DNA of 62,777 nucleotides, filler included, from It is 12 parts of 12 records of this genome, joined end to end, with 100 filler letters (N's around TTAATTAATTAA, not from the genome) between each part and the next. Parts side by side here need not be neighbours in the genome. Positions count along the whole stretch, not along the records: positions 50,187 to 56,321 come from SRR7504441_17468; positions 56,422 to 59,592 come from SRR7504441_17489; positions 59,693 to 62,777 come from SRR7504441_17504; 9 more parts are not named here. One strand, 5' to 3'. Shown piece by piece: positions 53,090 to 62,777 of this stretch (position 1 is its first letter; each line of letters starts with the position of its first letter). The notes under the pieces were generated by a model. It saw only the letters and a program-made list of their open reading frames with translations, ran no database searches and was not told where the DNA came from. The position numbers and the translations under genes were made by a program.

Positions 53090-53549
53090 GTCGTCGGCGG
53101 TGGTGGTGTGTCATAACCCGTGCGTGATTAGCGCGTCATGTGCTAACACGCGTGTGGGTGCGGTCCGTCGTGATGAGCGAGGGTACGGCTGCATGTACCA
53201 ACAAAGTTCGTTAGCTGATCGCAAAAGGCCAAAAGCTGATCGCCTGATCACTTAAAATCTTAAATTGATCATGCATGCATGCGTCGAACCCGACCGCTTC
53301 CAAATCGCCAAATGCAAAAGCTACCAAGACTCTGTGCAAAGGAGAGCGCACATGTTTTTAATTTATGAGTTTGTGACACTCGTGCTATGTGGTGAGTGTG
53401 TTGACTAGGTACGAGAGGCTTGAAAGAGGCTTGGCCGCTTCAAGACGGATTCTACGTAAAAACACGATCATGACATCAGGTAGTAGCTCTGTCCCTCTAA
53501 GATCCTGGCCTCAGAACACTGACGAGCTGGATCAGGGGCACGCCCAAAG

Positions 53550-55522
53550 CTACAGATCGTCCTCGACTGCCGGTTCTGGCAGTGCAGGGGCACCAAAGTA
53601 CTTGGAAGCCACGTGGTTCCCGATTGGCTTTCGGTACTTGGTCAAGACAGCCTGCCACTTGGGCTCTAGTTCGATCGCCTTAGCTGGGAGCTTGTCGATC
53701 TTGTCTATCAGCTCTTGCATTGCTGGTTCGTCATACTTGCACATCAGCATGAAGTCAATGGAGCCTTCGGATACAAGTTTCTTGTGCAGAGTTGGTGCAA
53801 CTGTCGATATGGCAGAGTATGAGATGCCTGCTGCAAGGATGTCCGGGTCAGTGAGCAGTATTCGCGGCTCGTGTAATACAAGTTCGTGGACGAAACTGAT
53901 TGAAGATTTCAAATCTTCATTGGACATGATCTCTGGGATCTCCAGCACTAAGTTGAGGTAATTCATTGGGATCCAACGTGAGACAGAGAAGTTGAGAGTA
54001 TTGAGTACTGTGCGCTCCATGGCACGAAGCTCGTGCACTGCAGCAACAGCCATGAATTAAGCCGAGATCACAGCCGATGGTGCACACCTGTGTATGTGTC
54101 GTACGTGATCCAGGCAAAGTCGGAGACGAGGGGCACGGATACTTCTTCCATCTTGGAGGCTATCCACATACATGTCACTCCGAGCAGCTGAAGCTCCTTC
54201 TTCTCGATTTCCTTCACCTATCGCCGGGATAGTCAGCGAGGCTGCTCCGTGGAGTTGAACTTACAGCGAGGAAGCGATCGAGCACATTGCTGGTCAGTGC
54301 TAGAGTGGCGTTGCTGAGGCGGAACTCAATCGCAACATCCACCAACCAATCAATGAGAATGGAGTGCATTTTGAACGTAAGCTTGCCCAGAGCGATGGCA
54401 TTTGCCCCGCTGTTGTCCAAGGTTTTGATCAGGCCTTTTCCTATGGTGGCCTTCTTTGTCTTCATCTCGGAGGCCAGCCATCGTCGGTATCTCAGGCCAG
54501 ACTCGAGCGCCATGATACGAGGAGCAATTCCCTTGTACCAGGCCTTGTTGATCAGCATCGCCTGCCGACAAAGGGACGGATTTTAGTGCGTGACTGCGGT
54601 CTACTGCATGTCGGAGATTTAAATTGAGGAGGGCGCAATACCTTCGGGCACTCTGTCAGATGGATTGCTGCAATGACTTCGGAGATCACATCATCGTGCG
54701 CGATGTTGAATATCTCCCCGATCTTTGTTGTAGGCGATAGCTTTATAGCATTGCTCCGACTGCGACTCTGCAACACAGCTGGTCAGCTACGCAGGGACGC
54801 AGGCTGCACCCTGGTGACAGGAGATCGCATTTCAACTAGTTCGCTTGTATCCTGGGCAGCCCATCCGTCAAGGCATCCCATGCACGGGCACTACGGAGAA
54901 GCTGCAGCTTACCGTTGGCTCGTCGACAATGGACACTTGCAGTGCCTTTGTGGGCACCGGCTTCTTGCCACTCTTCTTGTGGCTGCAAGCAACGAGTTAG
55001 AGATCTTAGGACTCGGCGGGAGTAGTGGCAGGTCACCCCGTCTGCAGATCTTGCCCGGTGCGCTTGGAACGCGTACGGGGACCAGTCTTCCCGAGCGGCT
55101 CACTCTTCGCTGCCGACACCCGTCAGGACATCTAGCTCGGAGGTGGGGGTGCGAAGACCTCCGCTGCTCACGACGGACATCTCCTGCGACGCCTCGTCCA
55201 CAGGTTCCGTGTCCTTGGTCGAGGGATTCTGCCGAGGTGGCTCGAGAGCGTGCCGGCAGGGCAGGGTGTGCACCTTCCGCGTCGCAGGCTCCTTGGTAGC
55301 GCCCTTGGCGGATCCCTTGGCGCTCCGGCTGGCCACATGTTGGCTATTTCCAGTGGCGAGCGTGCTCAGAGGTCCGGCCGCCGCGTCCGTGCCTTTGGAT
55401 CTCTTGCCGGCCTTCGCAGTGTGGGAGCGAAGACTGCGCTTGCGGCAGTGGGCGGCCTGGCCCGTGGCGGCATCCCCAGCCCCGGGCTCGACGAAGGCCT
55501 CGAACTTCTTGCTATTGGGCAT
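53550..55522 (-). CDS. Cyclin (A/B-type cyclin box), multi-exon
   Basis: MHSILIDWLVDV..F.L...TL.L....LDRFL; LQLLGVTCMWIASKMEE; MERTVLNTLNF. Confidence 0.85.
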
Positions 55523-55818
55523 CTCTTGCTGTCGATCCAATCAAGCAGCCCGCTCCCCTCAGTCGTACTCGCACTTCCAGCAGGTCACGCTGGCTGGGGC
55601 ATTGCTTCGATGCTGCTTGAAATAACGGAACGATTCAAGTCGGGTGCACACGGCATTCGAAAGGGTGCACAGTACTGAAGCACAGCACACTGACACCGGC
55701 TACAGTATCACACGCTGTCGCACGTGTACACCAAGGTTCATATTGCTAGTAATGAAACTGTGCCCGGCAGTAGTTTATAGTATTATAAACACGACCACAC
55801 ATCAGATTCTGTATCAGA

Positions 55819-56166
55819 TCATGCAGAGGAATACACACTCTGCAGAGCGGCTGCAAACCTGGCTTCAGCTTCACCGAGTTCTGTTGCAGGCGCGCCACTT
55901 TTGAGCATGTTGTTCACTTGTGTCCTCACTGGTAATTGCGAGTCCTCAGATGCGCCCCCGGGGGTTTCAGAAGCCTCGGCACCAGCAGATTTTCCAGGAG
56001 ACGCCTGCGCAGTGGTGGGCCCGGGCGGTGGGCCCTGGCGCACCTTCTGCTGTTGCTCAGATGCCTGCCGCGCGTGGTCTGCAAGCTTTGCGGATTTTTC
56101 ATCGGCCTTTCGCGCCTCAGCACTGGCAAACTCGCTGGCCTTCTGTGCCGCCTTCTTAGCAACCAA
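55819..56166 (-). CDS. 3' fragment of a hypothetical Ala/Lys-rich protein
   Basis: Open frame with one in-frame GT-AG intron; continuity upstream is unclear. Confidence 0.35.
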   Translation of the reverse strand: MVAKKAAQKASEFASAEARKADEKSAKLADHARQASEQQQKVRQGPPPGPTTAQASPGKSAGAEASETPGGASEDSQLPVRTQVNNMLKSGAPATELGEAEARFAAALQSVYSSA

Positions 56167-56526
56167 TTGGCAATTATGCGCCTTGCAGCTCGGTGCTTAT
56201 CTGCTGTGTACCAAATCGATAGATAGATTTCCGCTGGCTCAATTGCATGACGACGGTCTTCTCCTTCCTTGGAACGCCGTTGAGCGTTGGCAATGCGCTT
56301 TTCTACATCCAGCTTTCGTTGNNNNNNNNNNNNNNNNNNNNNNNNNNNNNNNNNNNNNNNNNNNNTTAATTAATTAANNNNNNNNNNNNNNNNNNNNNNN
56401 NNNNNNNNNNNNNNNNNNNNNTGACTGGCAGAATTAGCCCTCTGCGCTATAATATGTTTTCGTAAAAAAGTGTCAGCGAATCCCCAGTCTAAATTTAGGG
56501 CGTCAGCTCGAGAAATTTGAGCCGGG

Positions 56527-59286
56527 ATGGCCGAAGTAGCCTCTCCTACCGCTCCCACCCCCGACCCGGTCGTGGATTCGCCGATTATGCTCCCGGACGA
56601 GTGGGAGTCAATCTTCGCGGAGGCCACCGCCGAGCTCGAGGCCGAAAACTATGACGACGCCGGCGAGAAGTGGTACACGCTGGCGGACTATGCGCATGAA
56701 GCCGGGGACAAAGCGAATGAGGCGCTTTGCCGGGGGCACGTGGCCACCTGTTTCATCATGCTCGGGACCGAGTACGCCCGGGAAGCTCAAACTCACTACC
56801 ACCACGCCCTCGCGGTGCCCTTCCCCCTCCCCCGCACCTTGCTCGTGGGTCTGAATGCATTCGGCCCGGGGAGGGCAACCTGGGTCGGGGCGAGGCTAGG
56901 GGGATGAGTCTGGGGGGTAGTTGGCCGAGGAGGCGGACGATGAGAACCTGCAAGTCGAGCTCCTCAACAAGATGGCCGGCTTCTACAGCCGGCTGGGCGA
57001 GGTACCCGCCCGGCCGTCGGCCGCCCGAGCGACGAGCAGGTGCACCGCACAATCGCCTGTCTCAACCGGTTGCTCGAGCTGCACGACGCCTCGGGCGACG
57101 CCGAGGCCGAGCTGCACGTGATGGGCTCTCTGGCGGGGATCTCGTGCGCCCCCTGGCCGGGGTTGGGGTCACGCGGCCGGCTCAGGTACGATACCGAGGA
57201 TTACGAAATGGCCGTCAAGCACTACATGGATGTGCTAGACCGAGCCAAGGAGCTCGGCGACAACGAGCTGATCGGCAAGGTGGCCGGCCGGCTCGGAGAC
57301 GTGGGGACTGATTTGATTTGAGTAGGTGTATTGCAACCTGGGGATTGCGCACCAGGAGCTCGAGCAATTTGACAAGGCGATTGAGTTCTACAGCCAGTCG
57401 CTCGAGCTGGCCAAAGAGCTCGGGAACAAGGAGATGGAGGGCCTGGCCTACAGCAACCTGGCCGACGCCTACTCGACCCAGGCACTGCCCGGCCGGGGTG
57501 CGGGCGGCGAGCGTTGTGGCAGGAAGAGTATGACGAGGCCTGTGACTATCTGGACCAGACGATCCAGGTGTACCTCGCACTCGGCGACAAGGTGGCCGAG
57601 GGCAAGGCCCGAGCCGAGCTCTCGATAGCCAAGCATCACTCGGATGAGCAAGACGAGGCAATTGCAAGCATGGAGCTCGCAGTCAAGCTGGCCAAGGAAT
57701 GCGAGGACAAAATGGCCGAGGCCGAGCGGCTGATGCAGCTGGGCTCGCTCCAGCTGGTGGCCAAGGAGGACCACGCCGGGGCCGAGTCGCTGCTCTGCTC
57801 ATCTATTGTTGTCTGGCGGAATATCTGCTTGATGATGCGGAAGCAGCTGCTCGACGAGTGGAGGTCGGAGCAGCAGATGTCTGACAACCCGCGGGCAGTC
57901 AGCTTCCTCCAGCAGCACGCTGCCGCGTACACCATGCTCCAGAAGGCGCTTGTGGCCCAGGACAAGCCCATGCTTGCGCTTGAGGCCGCCGAGGAGGGCC
58001 GGGCTAAGGCTCTGCACGACCTGATGGTGCTCTGTGACGACCTCGCCTGGGAGAGCGCCGACGCCAACGTCATGACCTGTGACGCGATGAAGGCCCTGGC
58101 TGCAAACCAGCAGAGCTCGATTGTTGTGTACTCGATGGTCGAGTCTGATCTCATGCTGTACATCTGGGTGATTCCTCCGACCGCCGACGCCGAGATCAGG
58201 TTCACAAAGGTTGAGCTCAAGAGCCTCAGCCCAGATGGCGGCACTGTCAACGGCGCGGTCCAAAAGCTGTATGAGACCATGGCGGCGCTGTCCTGCAAAG
58301 AGCTGTGCCGTGGGCCGGCCCAAGCGCCCGAGGAGGACCAGGCGGCTCCACCTAACGAGCAAATCCCCGAACTGGGCTTCCTGTACACCGTGCTGATAGA
58401 GCCGGTGATCAGCCAGCTGCCCGCGACCAACGACGTGGTGTTCGTGCCGCACGGCGTGCTCAACTTGGTCCCATTCGCCGCGCTCACCAACAAGGATGGC
58501 CAGCCGTTCATCAAGACCCACGCAATCTCAGTTGCGCCTTCAGTCCGCACATTTAGCGCTCTGGCTTCTCGGGCGAACGCGCCCACCAGCACAAGCACGC
58601 TGGTGGTGGCCAATCCAGACATCTTGCCGCAGTTTGAGCTGCCGCCGCTCCCTGGGTGTGAGGTGGAGGGCACGGCCGTGAGCGAGGCTGTCGGGGCAGA
58701 AAACGTGCTGCTGCTGCAGGGGCAGGAGGCCAGGATGCAGCGAGTGGTGCAGGAGATGCAGAACGTGTCGATGATGCACTTTGCCTGCCACGGGCAGCCT
58801 GGGATCCTCTACCTGGGGCCCACTCTGCCCACTGGTGAGAGCGACCCTGAGTCTCCAATCGACGAGGAGGACGACGAGGAGGAGGAGCAGTACGATGACG
58901 GTTTGCTGTATCGTGAGCATCTGCACTACCTGCATCTGCCCACTAAGCCGTCGGTGGTCCTCTCTTGCAACTACTCCGCCGCTGGCTCAATCACTGAGGA
59001 CGGCATTCTTGGGCTGCCTCGAGGTTTCCTAGCCGCCGGGGCTCGGAGTGTCCTCTCTACGCTTTGGGTGACTCCAGACGAGAGCGCACACAAACTGATG
59101 AAGACTTGGCACCAGGAGGCGCTCAAAGTTAACAGTTCTGGCAGCCAGGCCAAAGCGCTCCAGACTGCCATGCTGGCAATGATGTCCGACAGCCAGTATG
59201 CACACCCGCTGCACTGGGCTGGGTATGTGCTCTTTGGCAACCCGAGCGAGTTCAAGCAGCCCGAGCCGCCAATCACCACCGCTTGA
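56527..59286 (+). CDS. TPR-repeat plus CHAT-domain protein (TTC28-like), multi-exon
   Basis: TPRs (CNLGIAHQELEQFDKAIEFYSQSLELAKELGNKEMEGLAYSNL); CHAT LYTVLIEP, VPHGVLNLVPFAAL, HFACHG, LPRGFLAAGARSVLSTLW, HPLHWAGY. GC-AG intron 57482-57522. Confidence 0.9.
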
Positions 59287-59692
59287 TTGCAGTCCGGCTT
59301 GGATCCAGCATCAGGCATGTACTATCTGTTTGCATGGGAGCATGCACTCTACTACTCTCTACCAGCAGAAGTTTTAAGAAATCTAGAAAGATCACGTAAT
59401 AATATTGCAAGCCAACACGAACTCGTAACGCACTCGTGTGACCATGCAATTGCAAGCCACGGGAAAAGCTTCGAAAAAGCAAAGTACTTATTAATCAACC
59501 CTTCATGAATAAATTAAAAAGCAACGATGTAAAAGCCATCACATTTGAACATACAAACATGGTGGTGTAGGTACATGTATCCGACTCCTCGGNNNNNNNN
59601 NNNNNNNNNNNNNNNNNNNNNNNNNNNNNNNNNNNNTTAATTAATTAANNNNNNNNNNNNNNNNNNNNNNNNNNNNNNNNNNNNNNNNNNNN

Positions 59693-61182
59693 TTTGTTTC
59701 CTCCTCGTCGCCCTCCTCATCAATATTGCTCTTCTTCGTCTTCTTCTTCTTCTTCTGGGCAGCTTCCTCTTCGTCTCCCTCCTCCTCTTCGGGTCGCTTA
59801 CTTTTTTTCTTCTTCTGCTTCGGCTCACCAAATCCACGTATTGCCGAAGCCCAGCCAGGCATCTTGTATGCGAGCCTTTCTAGCTCACACAGCATTGTAC
59901 CTCTCTTCTTCCTGAGCACATGCAGCAGCGCCGACCGCGACCTCGAGTTCTCGGCCAGCTCCCTGTTGGACGGCCGGACCACGTCGTCCATCTCGAGCGC
60001 ATGGCCAGCCTCTAGAGGCGCCGCGCCCGGCTGCTCCCTGTACCAATGCAGCAGCGGCTCTGCCGGCCGCACAGCTTCGAGCTGTCTGAAGCTCTCAACC
60101 AGCACCGCGCACTCCGAGTGCTTCCAGGTGAGCAGCCCGATCCGGCCGCCTTCCTGCAAGATCTCAAATGCGGCGTCGATCCCTCTTTTTATCTCCTTGA
60201 ACTCGTCGTTCAGGTGAACTCGCAGCGCCTGGAATGTCATCTTGGCTGGATGCATCGCCTGGTACTCCTTGCCCTTGGCCTGGGCCACCAACGCCGCAAA
60301 TTCACGGGTCCTCTCCGGGAGGGTCCCGGCCGACCTGGCGAGGCAGATGGCGTCAGCGATCCTGCGGGCCGCAGCGCTGTCTCCGGTCTCGCCATACGCT
60401 GCGATGATCCGGACTAACTCAGTGTGCTCCACCCGCTGCAGGAACTCGCTGGCCGGCACCCCTTTCGTCTGGTCGAACCGCAGATCGAGTGGCCCGTCCG
60501 ACTCGACCTTGAACCCACGGCCTGCGTTGTCGAACTGGGGCGATGATATGCCGAGGTCCATGAACACGCCGGATGGTTCCACACCCAGCTCCGAGAGCAC
60601 CACCCCCATGGTGCCGAACGGCGCGTGGTGGATGGTGAACCGCGGGTCGCTGGCCATCAGCTGCTTGCCCACCACCAGCGCCTCCGGGTCCATGTCGAAC
60701 GCGTGCAGCCGGCCGGCCGGGGACATGGCCGCTAGCATGGCCCGCGAGTGCCCGCCCCGACCGAAGGTGCCGTCCACGTACACCCCGCCGGTGTTGGGCC
60801 GCACCATCTTCTCCACCACCTCCGTGCACAGCGCCGGGGTGTGGGTGCCTTGCATCTGCACGCTCGGCCGGATGCCGGTGTGGAACTGTTTGGCCGGACG
60901 CACTCTGAGCCGCCCCGACTCAAACCAGCACCCGGACCAGCTGACGGCCTCGCTCATCGCCGCCTCGGTCCTGAACGTGATCCAGCCCATCCCGTCCCTC
61001 AGCTGCAGCCGAGGCTCACCCTCGATCGGGCCAGCCTCCGCGAAGAAGCCCGCCAGGCTCTCGCTGGTGGCGGTCTCGGGGACGCCTTTGATGAAGATCT
61101 CGTAGCCCTCCACATTCCCCGCCGCGTCCTTGGCCAGCCCGCCCTGCCCGTGATGCAACCCCCACAGGCCCTCCTTTGCCAT
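59693..61182 (-). CDS. RRM domain fused to RsmH/MraW (METTL15)-family m4C rRNA methyltransferase, with Lys/Glu-rich tail; 3' truncated
   Basis: RRM: IFIKGVP...GMGWITF. RsmH: YVDGTFGRGGHS, DMDPEA, DLGISSPQFD..RGF, DGPLDLRFD, HPAKMTFQALRVHLNDE, NSRSRSA. Tail KKKKSKR..EEE..KKKKK. Confidence 0.88.
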
Positions 61183-61316
61183 CCCCGTCCAGCTGCAGTG
61201 TCCGGGACTTGCGGTCGGCCGGGCGCGCGGCCGTTATCACGGTTGGCGCCACGCTCCCAGCGACTGTGCGCTCGGCGGCGCAGAGTAGCGCCGAGTTAGA
61301 GTCGGCGGGTGACACC

Positions 61317-61909
61317 ATGAGTGCGGCCGCCTCGCCGCACGTGCCCACGCGGAACGAGCTGCAAGCCCACGTGCCAGCGGGGGCCGGCCGGGGCCCGAGC
61401 CTGGCCGCAGGTTGCCGAGCTGCGGCACGAGCTGACTGAGGTCCAGCTGAAGATGCTCAGCCAGACTAAGACGATCGAGGAGCTGCGCACTGAGAATGCG
61501 GCGCTCAGGTGCCGGCCCGCCAGCCTCGGGCGAGCCGCGGCCTGCAGGGACAGCCTGGACAGCCTGGAGAAAGCCGGGCACAGCTCAGTGGATGCGCACT
61601 ACCACCCGGGGGGGGCGAGGAACGACCAGTCGGCCGCCACGCTGGCCACCAAGCTGGCCACGGCCCGAGAGCGGGAGGCGGCGTTGGAGCGGCGGAGCGG
61701 CGCCCAAATGTCGGAGGTGGCTGGCTGAGTGAGCCGAGGGGCGAGATAAGGGGCAGGTGGAGGCACTGTGGAACGACATCGAGGACTTGAGGGACGAGCT
61801 GGACATTTCGGAGATGGAACTAGCGATTAAGAGCGCCCGGCTGCAGCAAATGTACTTTGTGGCGATCGTGGTGGCCGTGCTAGCCGTCTTCATAAGGATG
61901 GCAATGTAA
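61317..61909 (+). CDS. Hypothetical coiled-coil, tail-anchored membrane protein; two short introns
   Basis: Coiled-coil heptads and C-terminal TM MYFVAIVVAVLAVFI before the stop. Confidence 0.55.
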
Positions 61910-62021
61910 CTGCCAACCCACTATTCGCCACTATTCCACTCTTAATTGTCATGACGTATCGGGATATATTTACCCAGTTTGAGTACACCGACTATGCTCC
62001 TTTGCGATTATATATACATAT

Positions 62022-62777
62022 CTAAGACGGGGCGTCTTCCCACGGCAGCTCAGCCATCACCCGCTGACGTCGGGTCCGGCGGATTATCTCCCGAGAACTC
62101 GCCTCAGATTTCTGGGTCCAGTCCGTCCAGGCTGTCCAGGCTGGCGGCCTAGCATTCAGTGCGCGCAGTGTGGCCCCTGCAGCCGCCTTGGCCGCCAGCT
62201 TGTCCCGCTCCCTTCGGGCTGCTTTGGCTGCCATCACTGCCTGCCGGGCTTGCTCCGCCTGAGATGGCTCCACCCCAGGGCTCCAAGCGAACCTAAAGTG
62301 CCCCGACTGCCCCAGCCTCACAAACTCTTCAAAGCAAATCAGCCCATCCCGGTCCGCGTCGAAGCTGATCAGCGCCCGTTCCAGCTCCCGCCGGACCACA
62401 GCGTGCGAGCGAGCCCGGCCGGTTGAGGCATACAGTCGCTTGAGCACGAGCGCCAACTCCTCTTGGTCGAGCAGCCCGCTCCGGTCAAGGTCGCCCCCCG
62501 AGAACGCCTCCTCGATTTGCTCCCAGACCGGCCAAGAGCAGTCGGCCGGCTCCCACCATCGCCTGGCTCTGGCCAGCTTTCTCTCGATCCGTTCGCTCTC
62601 TGCCCGGAGCGACTTGGCCTCGGGCCGGTGCCTCGCCTGCAGCAGCTCCGCCTGCTTGGCGGCAAGCTGCCCGTGCAGCTGCCGGAGCACCCGGGACCGC
62701 TCAGGGCAGACCTCGCGCGGAGGGCTCTGCTCAGCTGCCGCCGGCTCCGGCTCAGGCTCAGGCTCCGGCTCCGGCTC
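62022..62777 (-). CDS. EF-hand pair protein, 5' incomplete; (EP)n repeat at the window end
   Basis: DLDRSGLLDQEE and DADRDGLICFEE loops; hexamer repeat ggctcc/ggctca at 62744-62777. Confidence 0.75.
   Translation of the reverse strand, partial: EPEPEPEPEPEPAAAEQSPPREVCPERSRVLRQLHGQLAAKQAELLQARHRPEAKSLRAESERIERKLARARRWWEPADCSWPVWEQIEEAFSGGDLDRSGLLDQEELALVLKRLYASTGRARSHAVVRRELERALISFDADRDGLICFEEFVRLGQSGHFRFAWSPGVEPSQAEQARQAVMAAKAARRERDKLAAKAAAGATLRALNARPPAWTAWTDWTQKSEASSREIIRRTRRQRVMAELPWEDAPS

Noticed and set aside
12869-59692. Eleven regularly recurring TTAATTAATTAA palindromes as a repeat family or CRISPR-like array
   Set aside because: Each sits at the centre of an identical N-padded 100-nt block; these are artificial concatenation linkers.
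57636-61105. Long antisense or overlapping ORFs (e.g. 57636..58673, 60242..61105; likewise 20859..21647)
   Set aside because: Shadow frames of real genes, expected in high-GC coding DNA.
1-62777. Alternative genetic code or widespread pseudogenisation to explain the fragmented ORFs
   Set aside because: Most breaks resolve exactly with ~40-nt introns; the only in-frame stop with support for recoding is the Sec UGA of SelW.

Overview
Eukaryotic DNA, not prokaryotic: 12 contigs of a gene-dense, GC-rich protist genome joined by 11 artificial 100-nt spacers (N44-TTAATTAATTAA-N44). Gene order across spacers carries no information. The organism is probably a marine flagellate (axonemal dynein, Na+/K+-ATPase, TMC channel, selenoprotein); the taxon cannot be determined from this window. 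Genes are split by very short (mostly 36-56 nt) GT-AG and some GC-AG introns, which is why the ORF track looks fragmented. Most genes sit in head-to-head pairs about 45-250 nt apart, usually with a YAACGG motif between them. Highlights: (1) a 15-intron, apparently mitochondrion-targeted sulfoacetaldehyde acetyltransferase (xsc) lies divergently next to an acetate kinase, a candidate eukaryotic C2-sulfonate desulfonation/ATP-yielding module. (2) Three near-identical palindromic-core introns in two different genes form an introner-like family. (3) A selenoprotein W (CGGU) with a clear 3' SECIS is missed by the ORF track. (4) An outer-arm dynein heavy chain gene is shredded into collinear and inverted pieces, including a frame-restoring clean inversion. 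(5) A GH67 / sulfatase / MFS / tandem beta-propeller glycosidase neighbourhood. (6) A MavL-like macrodomain gene lies next to a UBE2Q-like gene. (7) An RRM-RsmH fusion carries a nucleolar-type tail. All family calls are by manual motif recognition; no database search was run.
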